Below, piece by piece: positions 49,601 through 59,259 of a DNA stretch of 64,000 nucleotides. The stretch spans positions 66,877-130,876 of the forward strand of contig CAZFJX010000003.1 of assembly GCA_964519505.1 (NCBI GenBank), read 5' to 3'. The notes under the pieces were generated by a model. It made no database searches. It was given only the letters and a program-made list of their open reading frames with translations, and was not told the DNA's origin. Source of the DNA: an uncultured Desulfurococcales archaeon. GTDB lineage: Archaea > Thermoproteota > Thermoprotei_A > Sulfolobales > CAZFJX01. The position numbers and the translations under genes were made by a program. Every line of letters starts with the position of its first letter. Positions within the stretch are counted from its first letter, which is position 1.

Positions 49601-51430
49601 TCACTCCTCACTAACCACCTCCTTCTCAGTAAGAGGTATGTAGTAGTACTCATTAATTGATTTCTGGTACCTATCTAAATAACTCCCTGGCTTATTTATG
49701 CGTGGCCTACCCGTCTTCATATCGCGTCTAAACGTTATGCTTAGAGTCTTAAGGAACTTATTCATACCCTCCCTCAACCCCATGGGTCTTGATGCGTAAC
49801 CCTCAATGCCCGGGGTTCCGTCGAAGACTATTAATCTATTAGCTATGAAATCTATGATTGAAAGGTCATGCTCAACAACGAATGTAGTTACTTTCCTTAG
49901 TGACGTAACCCTCCTTATAGCCTTGGAAATAATTAGTCTCTCCTCAACATCTATGTAGGCTGATGGCTCGTCAAGTAGGTATACGTCAGCATTCCTAGCT
50001 AGTGTTACTGCTATAGCTAACTTCTGTAACTCGCCACCGCTTAAGTCCTTAACATCCCTAAGCAGTAATTTATGAAGCCCTAACCTCCTAACAACCTCAA
50101 CGTAGAACCACGAACTACCTGATAGTGAGTCCTCACTAGCCTTCCTCAGCACCTCCTCAACAGTTCCTTCAAAGAACTCAGACTTAACGTATTGAGGCTT
50201 ATAACTAATCCTTAATCCACTAGTACTTACGTAACCCTCATCAGGCTCTAACTCACCAGCTAATAACCTAATGAACGTCGTCTTACCTATGCCATTAGGA
50301 CCTAAAATACCTATGACCTCACCCTTATAGGAGATCCCTTCCTCAACCGTAAGCTTAAAGCCGTTTAACTTCTTAACTAAGTTACCCCAAGATATGTAGG
50401 GCACGTTAGTCTCTGCCTCACGCTCAGGCGCTTTCTCATGTACGTGGAACTTAATGGGCTCCTTCCTAATCCTCATATTCTCAGCGGGTAAGAAACCAAG
50501 TAAGAAGTTATTAATCCCTGAACCTACGGCGTAGGTTTTTGAGAAAATACCGTAGACGCCTGGCTCACCGAAGACAACGGTTATGTAGTCAGATACGTAG
50601 TCAAGTACTGCTAGGTCGTGCTCAACAACTATGACGTAGGCGTTCTTAGGCATTAATTCCCTAATCACTTTAGCAGCATTAATACGTTCCTTAACGTCTA
50701 GGTAGCTTGATGGTTCGTCAAATAAGTATACGTTAGCATCCCTACATAGCGCTGCAGCTATCGCCAACCTCTGAAGCTCACCACCACTTAAGTGCTTTAT
50801 TAATCTATCAGCTACTGACTCAAGGTTAAGTAGCTTAATAACATCCTTAGCTAAGCCTCTCTCATCAACCCTCTCTAGTATAGCCTTAATAGAGCCCTTA
50901 ACGTACTTAGGTATTATGTCGACGTACTGAATCTTATGTATAGTTCTTAACTCCTTATTTACTAACTTCTTAAAGTAGTTAAACATCTCAGTTCCTCTAA
51001 AGAAGTTAAGTACTTGATCCCACCCAACCTCCTTATCAACAATCCCTAAGTTAGGTCTTAACTCACCGCTAAGTATCCTTAAGGCCGTGGTCTTACCGCT
51101 ACCGTTCTTCCCAACAACACCGAGAACCTTACCCTGAATAGGCTGTGGTAGCCCGTATAGCTTAAAGGCATTAATCCCATACCTATGCACAACCTTCTTC
51201 TCAAGTTCATCAGGTAGATTAACTATGGATATAGCCTCAAATGGGCATTTCCTAATACATATACCGCAACCAACACATACCTCCTCATAAATTACTGGTT
51301 TCCCACCCTTCTCATCGGAGAGTTCAATAGCCTTACTGCCGGATTTATTGATTGGGCAGAACCTAATACACTCTAACAGACATTTACTAGGTCTGCATAT
51401 ATCGTAGTCTATTACGGCGACCCTAACCAC
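49601..51430 (-). CDS. Ribosome recycling ATPase ABCE1/RLI
   Basis: N-terminal two 4Fe-4S clusters, two ABC domains (LSGGELQ x2), RPRINK. Confidence 0.96.
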   Translation of the reverse strand: MVRVAVIDYDICRPSKCLLECIRFCPINKSGSKAIELSDEKGGKPVIYEEVCVGCGICIRKCPFEAISIVNLPDELEKKVVHRYGINAFKLYGLPQPIQGKVLGVVGKNGSGKTTALRILSGELRPNLGIVDKEVGWDQVLNFFRGTEMFNYFKKLVNKELRTIHKIQYVDIIPKYVKGSIKAILERVDERGLAKDVIKLLNLESVADRLIKHLSGGELQRLAIAAALCRDANVYLFDEPSSYLDVKERINAAKVIRELMPKNAYVIVVEHDLAVLDYVSDYITVVFGEPGVYGIFSKTYAVGSGINNFLLGFLPAENMRIRKEPIKFHVHEKAPEREAETNVPYISWGNLVKKLNGFKLTVEEGISYKGEVIGILGPNGIGKTTFIRLLAGELEPDEGYVSTSGLRISYKPQYVKSEFFEGTVEEVLRKASEDSLSGSSWFYVEVVRRLGLHKLLLRDVKDLSGGELQKLAIAVTLARNADVYLLDEPSAYIDVEERLIISKAIRRVTSLRKVTTFVVEHDLSIIDFIANRLIVFDGTPGIEGYASRPMGLREGMNKFLKTLSITFRRDMKTGRPRINKPGSYLDRYQKSINEYYYIPLTEKEVVSEE

Positions 51431-51498
51431 GGTACAGCACCTACGAAGTGGCTAACACCCTATCCAGATTTATTAGCTATGGAGTATTATTATCCATG

Positions 51499-51548
51499 AT
51501 GATGAGTGGTGACGGCTCAGATTAATGAAGAGAGAAACTCCTCGCTGA
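51499..51548 (+). ncRNA. C/D-box sRNA
   Basis: C ATGATGA, guide GTGGTGACGGCT, D' CAGA, C' ATGAAGA, guide GAGAAACTCCTCG, D CTGA. Confidence 0.8.
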
Positions 51549-51588
51549 ACCTTAAGTAAGCGTAAAAACAGTCATTTAACCCAATAAA

Positions 51589-51672
51589 TTACCACTCTTC
51601 CTCTTCCCATTCCTCTTCCTCTTCCCACCACTCCTCTTCTTCCTCTTCTTCCCACCATTCCTCCTCAAACAT
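51589..51672 (-). CDS. 27-aa Glu/Trp micropeptide
   Basis: MFEEEWWEEEEEEEWWEEEEEWEEEEW*; GGGGG RBS; TTTATAA box at about 51712-51706. Confidence 0.6.
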   Translation of the reverse strand: MFEEEWWEEEEEEEWWEEEEEWEEEEW

Positions 51673-51738
51673 CACGTTAACCCCCTTAAGCTATCGGTCA
51701 GAAGATTATAAACTTTAACCAATACCAAACAACAGCAC

Positions 51739-52293
51739 TTACTTCCTGTATGGATGTAAGGCTATCTTAGAAAGTACCGAAAATAAGGTACATAACCTAT
51801 CATCATTCAAAGAACATTTAACATACCTTAACCCATAGAACTTCTTGACGAACTCGATTACCTTAACCTCATCCCTCTTAAACTCTTTGGCTATATAATC
51901 CCTTAAGTCTTGCCTTACCCTAGTACGTAATTCATTAAGTAACCTCCTACCCTTGCATGATATGATTATGAACGCGCAATCACCTAACTTAGGTGCTGAA
52001 ACCTTAATAGCATCTCTAATTTGGGTCTTACATGTTAGGTTAAGTAGGAACTCGACGCTAACCTTCCTAGCCCTATTAGTACCCCTCTCAAACGCCTTAA
52101 ACGTATTATATGAAGCTACCTTAACCTGAAGTTCATCGATTATTAATTCATGCTTAACTAGCTGAACTATACAGTCACTAGTACTTAGCCCCAATACGTA
52201 ATCGAGAATTTCCTCCTTAGCGTACTTAACGGGTATTAACTCAACACATAGACTTCTAAAATCCGTTAATGCCTTCTCAATTAGTTCAGACAC
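51739..52293 (-). CDS. cgi121: KEOPS complex subunit Cgi121
   Basis: KAFERGTNRARKVSVEFLLNLTCKTQIRDAIK. Confidence 0.78.
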   Translation of the reverse strand: MSELIEKALTDFRSLCVELIPVKYAKEEILDYVLGLSTSDCIVQLVKHELIIDELQVKVASYNTFKAFERGTNRARKVSVEFLLNLTCKTQIRDAIKVSAPKLGDCAFIIISCKGRRLLNELRTRVRQDLRDYIAKEFKRDEVKVIEFVKKFYGLRYVKCSLNDDRLCTLFSVLSKIALHPYRK

Positions 52294-52297
52294 TTAA

Positions 52298-52582
52298 TTA
52301 CCCACCATGACTTAGTGGTATGAAAGTAATTCTATCACCATCATTCACTTCAGTATCCTCATTATTTAATAACGCTATATCGACATCATTAATAAACACT
52401 AAGTAGTTCCTGCTTAATGAACCATTAACCATTAGTACGCTAAGCTTAGGTACCTTACTAACCAATGTCTTAAGAACCTCCCTTAACTTAGAACCACGAT
52501 CTATCTCAACAGTTAATTCCTTTACGCCACCAGCTAAGCTCCTTAACTGACCATGAAGTTCTATATTAACCCTTATCTTCAT
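52298..52582 (-). CDS. Ubiquitin-like SAMP/Urm1/MoaD protein
   Basis: Beta-grasp, VFINDVD, C-terminal HGG. Confidence 0.88.
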   Translation of the reverse strand: MKIRVNIELHGQLRSLAGGVKELTVEIDRGSKLREVLKTLVSKVPKLSVLMVNGSLSRNYLVFINDVDIALLNNEDTEVNDGDRITFIPLSHGG

Positions 52583-52584
52583 GG

Positions 52585-52803
52585 CTAAACACTTTCCTTT
52601 TCAGCAGCCTCCCTTCTCATCCTTAACTTAACTAAGCGTGTGACATAGCCGGCTATCTGGTTCCTTAACTTCTTTGACTGAATAACAACGTACTTATTAA
52701 CCACTTGCTTATTATGTTCAAAATCATCGGTAAATTCATCTGGGTAGAGCTGTAGTAGTTTCCTAGCAGTTCTTTTTACTAGGGACGTCCTTACCTTACC
52801 CAT
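52585..52803 (-). CDS. rps17e: Ribosomal protein S17e
   Basis: MGKVRT..VKR, FTDDFEHNK, SKKLRNQIAGY. Confidence 0.96.
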   Translation of the reverse strand: MGKVRTSLVKRTARKLLQLYPDEFTDDFEHNKQVVNKYVVIQSKKLRNQIAGYVTRLVKLRMRREAAEKESV

Positions 52804-52939
52804 TTAAATCCCTAAGCCTATCTTTAGGTTCCTTCATTTATAAGCGTTTATTGCTGAATAGCTAAATTCTATACATACAGAATGGATGATAAAAGCTTAT
52901 ATAGAAGTGCTCCCCATAAAACTGAAGGAGGTGAGTGGC

Positions 52940-54583
52940 ATGGCAGCTATCGAACCCAGCGGTATTCCTGTCTTAATACTTAAGGAAGGCACTTCAAGAA
53001 CTGTTGGGAGAGACGCTTTAAGAGCTAATATGATGGCAGCTATAACGGTTGCTGAGATGTTAAGGACTACTTACGGCCCTAAGGGCATGGATAAGATGCT
53101 TGTAGATACCTTAGGTGACGTAACCATAACTAACGACGGCGCTACGATACTTGATAAGATGGACCTACAGCACCCAGCAGCCAAGATGTTAGTACAGATA
53201 GCTAAGGGCCAGGATGAGGAGGTTGGTGACGGTACTAAGACAGCGGTGATATTCGCCGGTGAGTTACTGAAGAATGCTGAGGACTTATTAGCTAAGGGCA
53301 TTCACCCAACAATAATTGTTTCAGGCTATAAGAAAGCCCTTGAGGAGTCGGCTAGGTTTCTAGATAAGATTGCTGATCCCATAGACGTTAATGATGAGGG
53401 CGTACTAAGGAAAGTGGCTTCAACCGCGTTAACTAGTAAGGCTGTTCACGGTGCTAGAGACCATATTGCTGAGATAGCTGTTAAGGCTGTTAGGCAGATA
53501 GCTGAGAAGCGCGGTGATAAGTGGTACATAGATATAGACAATATACAGGTAATTAAGAAGCACGGTGCCAGCCTAAGAGATACTAAGCTTATTTACGGCA
53601 TAATACTCGATAAGGAGGTCGTTCATCCAGGCATGCCTAAGAGAGTTAAGGACGCTAAGATAGCCTTAATAGACGCGCCATTAGAGATTGAGAAGCCTGA
53701 GATTGATGCTGAGATAAGGATAAATGACCCACTACAGATGAGGAGGTTCCTAGAGGAGAAGGAGAGGCTCTTACAGAACGTAGTTAGTAAGATAGCCGAG
53801 GCAGGTGCTAATGTCGTTATTTGTCAGAAGGGTATTGATGATGTAGCCCAGCATTTCTTAGCTAAGAGAGGTATCTTAGCTGTAAGGAGGGTTAAGAGGT
53901 CTGATATGGAGAAACTTGAGAGAGCCACCGGAGGCAGGATCATCAGTAATATTGAGGACTTAACCGAGAAGGATCTAGGCTATGCCGAGCTCGTTGAGGA
54001 GAGGAAGGTAGGTGAGGATAAGATGGTATTCATTGAAGGCACTAAGAATCCGAAGGCTGTCAGTATACTTGTTAGAGGTGGTTTAGAGAGACTTGTTGAT
54101 GAGGCTGAGAGGGCTTTAAGGGACGCTTTAAGTGCTGTAGCTGATGCTATAAAGGACGGTAAGATAGTTTATGGTGGTGGTGCTGCTGAGATAGAGTTAG
54201 CTAAGTACCTAAGAGAGTACGCAACTAAGGTAGGTGGTAAGGAGCAGTTAGCTATTGAGGCATTCGCTAAGGCTTTAGAGGGCATTATAGCATCACTAAT
54301 AGAGAACGCTGGTCTAGACCCTGTTGAGTATATAATGAAGCTAAGAGCAGCCCACAGAGGGCCTGAAGGCTGTAGGTACGGTATTGATGTATTTAGTGGA
54401 GACATAGTTGATATGAAGAAACTTGGTGTTATTGAGCCATTGAGCGTTAAGGTAAACGCGATTAAGGCAGGTACCGAGGCAGCAACACTTATACTGAGGA
54501 TTGATGACGTAATAGCCGCAGCTAAGGCTAAGGAAGCTGGTAAGGAGGAGAAGAAAGAAAAAGAAAAGAAGGAGGAGGAGTAA
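52940..54583 (+). CDS. ths: Thermosome (group II chaperonin) subunit
   Basis: [23 protein letters not shown]; GAGGTGA RBS before ATG 52940. Confidence 0.96.
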   Translation: MAAIEPSGIPVLILKEGTSRTVGRDALRANMMAAITVAEMLRTTYGPKGMDKMLVDTLGDVTITNDGATILDKMDLQHPAAKMLVQIAKGQDEEVGDGTKTAVIFAGELLKNAEDLLAKGIHPTIIVSGYKKALEESARFLDKIADPIDVNDEGVLRKVASTALTSKAVHGARDHIAEIAVKAVRQIAEKRGDKWYIDIDNIQVIKKHGASLRDTKLIYGIILDKEVVHPGMPKRVKDAKIALIDAPLEIEKPEIDAEIRINDPLQMRRFLEEKERLLQNVVSKIAEAGANVVICQKGIDDVAQHFLAKRGILAVRRVKRSDMEKLERATGGRIISNIEDLTEKDLGYAELVEERKVGEDKMVFIEGTKNPKAVSILVRGGLERLVDEAERALRDALSAVADAIKDGKIVYGGGAAEIELAKYLREYATKVGGKEQLAIEAFAKALEGIIASLIENAGLDPVEYIMKLRAAHRGPEGCRYGIDVFSGDIVDMKKLGVIEPLSVKVNAIKAGTEAATLILRIDDVIAAAKAKEAGKEEKKEKEKKEEE

Positions 54584-55111
54584 TCACCAAGGAACTTTTT
54601 TAAGACCTAACTTAAACGCTAAGTAATTTGTTAACCTATGAAGTAAATAATTAATTATTAAAGCTATAACAAATATTTTTAAATCAATAACGATACCTAC
54701 AGCCTCATCCAAGGAAGTTACCTTCACAATAAATGTGGATCCTAGGACGAAATTTATCTGATCAAGAATGGGTAAGGGAGCCCCTGGCCTTAAACCAAGC
54801 CTCCTCTTAAGGAATGAGTTAGTTATATCACCTAATAAAGCACCTAAAGAACCTAAAACCCCGTAAATTAACCAATTAGTGTTTGACGTTACTAGGTAGT
54901 AATACGACGTTATTAGCGTGCCAAATAAAAGCCCATTGATGAATCCCTCAAACGTCTTACTATCACCTAAAATTCTTCTACCATCGATGAAAAACCTGCC
55001 CATATCTAAGGGTTTACCATGCTTTATGAAGAGAGGCATGGCGTTAGCTACCATGAATGGGAAGTACATTATTAATGATAAGGCTAAGTCATTTAATATG
55101 CTCATGACCAA
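54584..55111 (-). CDS. carS: CDP-archaeol synthase
   Basis: ANAMP, DGRRILGDSKTFEG, GDITNSFLKRRLG, LDQ, LKKVPW. Confidence 0.92.
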   Translation of the reverse strand: MVMSILNDLALSLIMYFPFMVANAMPLFIKHGKPLDMGRFFIDGRRILGDSKTFEGFINGLLFGTLITSYYYLVTSNTNWLIYGVLGSLGALLGDITNSFLKRRLGLRPGAPLPILDQINFVLGSTFIVKVTSLDEAVGIVIDLKIFVIALIINYLLHRLTNYLAFKLGLKKVPW

Positions 55112-55739
55112 CCCAAACTATACCTCTATCAGTGATTTTAAAGTTAATCACTAAACTCTCATTCTCGCTAAGCCTAGTGCTTAAGCTCCTAACCTTAGTT
55201 GCTTCGTCAGCCTCTATCTTTACAAGCCTATCACTCCAGAATTCAATGACCTTAAAACCAGATATTTCACGCTCAGCTCCCCCGCCTACTTCACGTATCT
55301 GTGCCGTAAGCAATACATGAATACCTTGATCAGCAAGTTCCCTTAGCCTAGCCATTACGTATGAAAGGTACCTTATAGCGTAAGTTACGTCATCAGCCGC
55401 TAGTAACCTATAGAATGAGTTTATGGTATCTATAGCCACTATAAACCCCTTAGGTAAGTCGACTAATGACAATACGTTCACTAGCTTAATGAGGTCGACC
55501 TCATTTATTGCTTCAGCAAAGAGCATGTTACTTAAGTCCTTAAACCAACGCTCAACTAAGTTCCTATAAACAACACCTTCAGTACTTACGTAAATCCCTT
55601 TAATACCTGCCCTCGAACTACACCTAAGTATTTGAAAAACCACATTAGTCTTCCCAGTACCTGCAGAACCGAAAAACACTATTATTGATGGATCCCTAAG
55701 TAGGTACTTATCTAGTGGTTCATAACCTGAAAATATCAT
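55089..55739 (-). CDS. RecA/RadB-like ATPase
   Basis: SGYEPLD, FGSAGTGKT, YVSTEG, IDTINS, LTAQI. Confidence 0.75.
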   Translation of the reverse strand: MIFSGYEPLDKYLLRDPSIIVFFGSAGTGKTNVVFQILRCSSRAGIKGIYVSTEGVVYRNLVERWFKDLSNMLFAEAINEVDLIKLVNVLSLVDLPKGFIVAIDTINSFYRLLAADDVTYAIRYLSYVMARLRELADQGIHVLLTAQIREVGGGAEREISGFKVIEFWSDRLVKIEADEATKVRSLSTRLSENESLVINFKITDRGIVWVGHEHIK

Positions 55740-55783
55740 CTACTCACTACCGTTACCTTATTGAGCTTGTTAGAAGAAATACT

Positions 55784-56203
55784 TTACCTCATAACCCTAG
55801 CTATGAGTAATAAAGTCACAACAACCATTATGGACGCCCCACTAAGTATTAGGACATCTATAGGTGTTTTAGTTATGACTGATATTATTATTTCTCTAAC
55901 TATAACTATGAAGGCCACTTCAGCAACAGCGACTAAGTATAGCTCCCTCCTCCTATAGGCCATAACGAAGCTCCTAAGTAATTCCGTAAACACTATCAGT
56001 AAGAGGACATCATCGATTATGTAGGTAATTCTCTGCGTATCACCACCGTACTCAATCGCCTCAATAACCTTACCAGCGGTGTGGTATACCGTGAGGGCTA
56101 TGAGTATAACTAAGAAAACAATGATTAGTATCTCGACTATGAGCGTTATTACGTCGCTCACCGTATATATATGCCTAATTATCTTCCTACCAGTTAAAGC
56201 CAT
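55784..56203 (-). CDS. Phosphate-starvation-inducible PsiE-family membrane protein
   Basis: DVLLLIVFTELLRS...EVAFIVIVREII; 4 TM helices. Confidence 0.75.
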   Translation of the reverse strand: MALTGRKIIRHIYTVSDVITLIVEILIIVFLVILIALTVYHTAGKVIEAIEYGGDTQRITYIIDDVLLLIVFTELLRSFVMAYRRRELYLVAVAEVAFIVIVREIIISVITKTPIDVLILSGASIMVVVTLLLIARVMR

Positions 56204-56352
56204 AGCTAACCACCGATACCACTCTTAAACATAGAAATCAACACCAACATCATACTCGACCCTACTCTATAAAACGCTTTTGGTAGAGCATCATTACGTT
56301 GGTGTTATAGTATTAAAAAATTTAAAGTTTCTCTTAATTACTAGCTAAGGGT

Positions 56353-57513
56353 TTGGCTATGCCTATATTGATGGAGAAAGTAAGACCGTTAACACCAGGG
56401 CAGGAGGAGTTAGCTAATACGCTATTAAACAAGGATTACGCCATAGTGGGTGTTTTCGGGCCTACAGGTACCGGTAAGTCTTTATTTGGGTTAGCTTACG
56501 GTATTGACGTCATAGTGAAGGGTGATTACAAGAAGTTCTTCGTTGTTAAGCCAATGATCGACATAGTTACTGGTGAGGAAATAACGCTAGCTAGGGGTTC
56601 AGAGCAATTCATGACCCTCGTTAAAGCATACTTAAGAGATGTTATTGGAGATTTCATTGATTGGAGTAAGATTGAGGAGTTAATAAGTAACGGTAAGTTA
56701 GTATTCGTAGATTCTCACTACCTTAAAGGTAGGACATTCGATGACGCAGTAATATTTATGGATGAAGTACAGTCCTTAAAGCCTGAAAGCATTATTGAGG
56801 TCTTAGTCCGTGTTGGTAGGAATAGTAGGTTAATAGTTGCTGGTGACCCAGTCTTCCAGTCGCTCCAAGCAGTTGAGCAAGACCCAGCAGCGCTAATTAG
56901 GGATGTACTAATCAGTGAGGAAAAATCCAAGGTGGTTGACTTAGGTATTAAAGACATAGTTAGGGAAGGCGCTAAGAGAGGGTTAAGGCTACTTATCGAG
57001 TATAGGATGAGGTTAAGGAGGCTTAGTGAGGAGGAAAAGAAAATTCTTGATTCTGCAAGAATACACTCACCAGACGCTGATGTAGTTACTGTTGTTGAGT
57101 TTAGTGAGGAGAAGAAGAAATTTGAAATAACCACTGAACACGTGCCTGATGCATTAATAATCGTCAAGCAGGACCACCTAGGTAGGTTGGTCGGTAGGGG
57201 TGGTGAAAGGATTAGTGCAATTGAGAAAGACACCGGCAAGAGAATTAGGGGTGTTGAGTTAACGTTGGAGTTCGCTAACTTAATTAGGGCTATTCACCCG
57301 GTTTCATGGATATGGAAGCATATAGTTGACGTTGATTTCGCAGGACCTCAACTAGCTGTTAAGGTTTATGAAGACGTAGTAGGTGCTTTCTTAGGTCAGA
57401 GAGGTAACTATATAAGGTTCATAGATACCGTGATGAGGAAGTTAATGAATGTCGGTGTTAGGACCATAGAGGTTGAGAGAACGGAGGGTAGGAGAAGACG
57501 TAGGAGGAGATAG
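56353..57513 (+). CDS. PhoH-family ATPase fused to C-terminal KH domains
   Basis: TPGQ, GPTGTGKS, LKGRTFD, MDEVQ, AGDP; GRLVGRGG and GAFLGQRG KH loops. Confidence 0.85.
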   Translation: MAMPILMEKVRPLTPGQEELANTLLNKDYAIVGVFGPTGTGKSLFGLAYGIDVIVKGDYKKFFVVKPMIDIVTGEEITLARGSEQFMTLVKAYLRDVIGDFIDWSKIEELISNGKLVFVDSHYLKGRTFDDAVIFMDEVQSLKPESIIEVLVRVGRNSRLIVAGDPVFQSLQAVEQDPAALIRDVLISEEKSKVVDLGIKDIVREGAKRGLRLLIEYRMRLRRLSEEEKKILDSARIHSPDADVVTVVEFSEEKKKFEITTEHVPDALIIVKQDHLGRLVGRGGERISAIEKDTGKRIRGVELTLEFANLIRAIHPVSWIWKHIVDVDFAGPQLAVKVYEDVVGAFLGQRGNYIRFIDTVMRKLMNVGVRTIEVERTEGRRRRRRR

Positions 57514-57522
57514 TTAACTAAG

Positions 57523-58380
57523 TTAAGTTCTTTTCCTTAAGTACATATCAAGAACTACCTGATATTTCCTTGGACCTACACTCCTAACTATTCTGGCATA
57601 TTCTACCTTAGACTCCATACCTAACTTACTTGAGAGTTCTAAGTACTTCTTACTGACTAAGGCTACGGCTTCATCCTTATTCATAGCCCTCTGAAACTCA
57701 TATACGTGGATGAAGCCTTCATTTCTAAGGAGTTTTACAGCTATTTCGAAATATCTATAGGCGAGTTCGGGGAGGGGCATTAAGACTCTATCAGCCATGG
57801 AGAAGTACTTCCTAGATACTTCAGCAGCGTCACCTAATTCAGGTATGACTACGCCCTCGACTTTATTCAGCCTTATGCTCTCAACCATCAATTTATAGGC
57901 ATCTGGATTTATGTCTATGGAGATAACCTTACTTGGTTTAGCATGCTTAGCTATTATTATGGAGAATAGACCTACGCCGGCAAACATATTGACTATGTAC
58001 TCACCCTCCCTAACTAGCTTAGCTACCCTAATGTGTTCGTAATTAAGTGCTGGTGATATATAGACTTTAGTTATATCTACCTTAAATAGACACCCATGCT
58101 CCTTATATATCGTGGTGCTCCTCACCTCGCCAGCTAAGTGGATAAAGTCCCTTAACCTATACTCACCCTTAACTTCACTAACAGCACACCAAACACTTTT
58201 AACGTAAGGTAGCCTCCTCAATATCTCACTAGCTAAGGGCCTCAACCTCTCGATGGGGTAGCTGAATGGTCTGCGAATGACGGCTATATCACCTATTATC
58301 TCAACCCTACTCCATATACGCTTAGCTTCCTTAGGCCCTAACACCTCCTCAGCGATCTTGCGGAGTAATGGCTTACCCAC
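57523..58380 (-). CDS. Trm5/Taw2-family tRNA methyltransferase
   Basis: IIGDIA, YKEHGC.F.VD, NMFAGVG, IDINPDA, DRVLMPLP. Confidence 0.85.
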   Translation of the reverse strand: MGKPLLRKIAEEVLGPKEAKRIWSRVEIIGDIAVIRRPFSYPIERLRPLASEILRRLPYVKSVWCAVSEVKGEYRLRDFIHLAGEVRSTTIYKEHGCLFKVDITKVYISPALNYEHIRVAKLVREGEYIVNMFAGVGLFSIIIAKHAKPSKVISIDINPDAYKLMVESIRLNKVEGVVIPELGDAAEVSRKYFSMADRVLMPLPELAYRYFEIAVKLLRNEGFIHVYEFQRAMNKDEAVALVSKKYLELSSKLGMESKVEYARIVRSVGPRKYQVVLDMYLRKRT

Positions 58381-58458
58381 GTAATTCGCCCAAACATAGT
58401 TTTGTATGTAGGTAACTTAGACTTATTTATTAAATGACGAATAATATACGGTGATTAC

Positions 58459-59238
58459 GTGACTGATGAAGTATTGTGGGGTAAGAGGACCTGGTGTGAA
58501 GTAAGAGACTCAATAAGTAAGCTAGATGCAGTGATACTTCCAGTAGGTAGTTGCGAGCAACACGGTCCTCACATGCCTTTAGATACTGATGCATTCATAG
58601 CTTATGAGCTAAGTAAGTTAGTCGCTATTAGGCTAATGGAGTTAGGTCATTTAGTCTATGTCCTGCCACCCATAAATTACGGGTTAAGTGAGATGTGGTC
58701 TATGAATGAGGGGACAGTAACTGTAGATGCTGATGCGTTCATGAGCTACGTTAAGTCAGTCCTTAAGTCAGTTATTAAGCAGGGTGTTAGGATCGTCATA
58801 ATCCTTAACGGACATGCAGGTAATTTCGACGCGCTTAAGTTGGTGGCTAGGGAAATAACGAATGAGCTAGGTAGGGGTAGGGTTTACGTACTTAATTGGT
58901 GGGACTTAGTAGGTGACTACATAAGTAAGATCTCATCAACGCCATTCTTCCATGCCGATGAGGTAGAGACTAGTGTCGCTATGTACCTAAGGCAGAGAGT
59001 TATCGTCAGTAAGGCACGTTCAGAAAGTATTAAGAGGAAGTATAGTGAGGAGTGGCACTCACTCGACTTAACGAAGAGACCTAAGGTCTATAGGTACGAG
59101 TGTGAGTTAAGGAAGTATGAAGTAGGTGCCTTCGGACACCCAGAGAGAGCGTCCGTAGAGAAGGGGGAGGCGCTCGTTAAGGAGTTCATTAGAAGGTTCG
59201 TAAAGCTATTTAAGGATATTACCGAAGGTAAGTTCTAA
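58459..59238 (+). CDS. Creatininase-family amidohydrolase
   Basis: PVGSCEQHGPHMPLDTD, NGHAGN, HADEVETS. Confidence 0.9.
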   Translation: MTDEVLWGKRTWCEVRDSISKLDAVILPVGSCEQHGPHMPLDTDAFIAYELSKLVAIRLMELGHLVYVLPPINYGLSEMWSMNEGTVTVDADAFMSYVKSVLKSVIKQGVRIVIILNGHAGNFDALKLVAREITNELGRGRVYVLNWWDLVGDYISKISSTPFFHADEVETSVAMYLRQRVIVSKARSESIKRKYSEEWHSLDLTKRPKVYRYECELRKYEVGAFGHPERASVEKGEALVKEFIRRFVKLFKDITEGKF

Positions 59239-59259
59239 TGTCTTAAGTGTAAATGTGAC

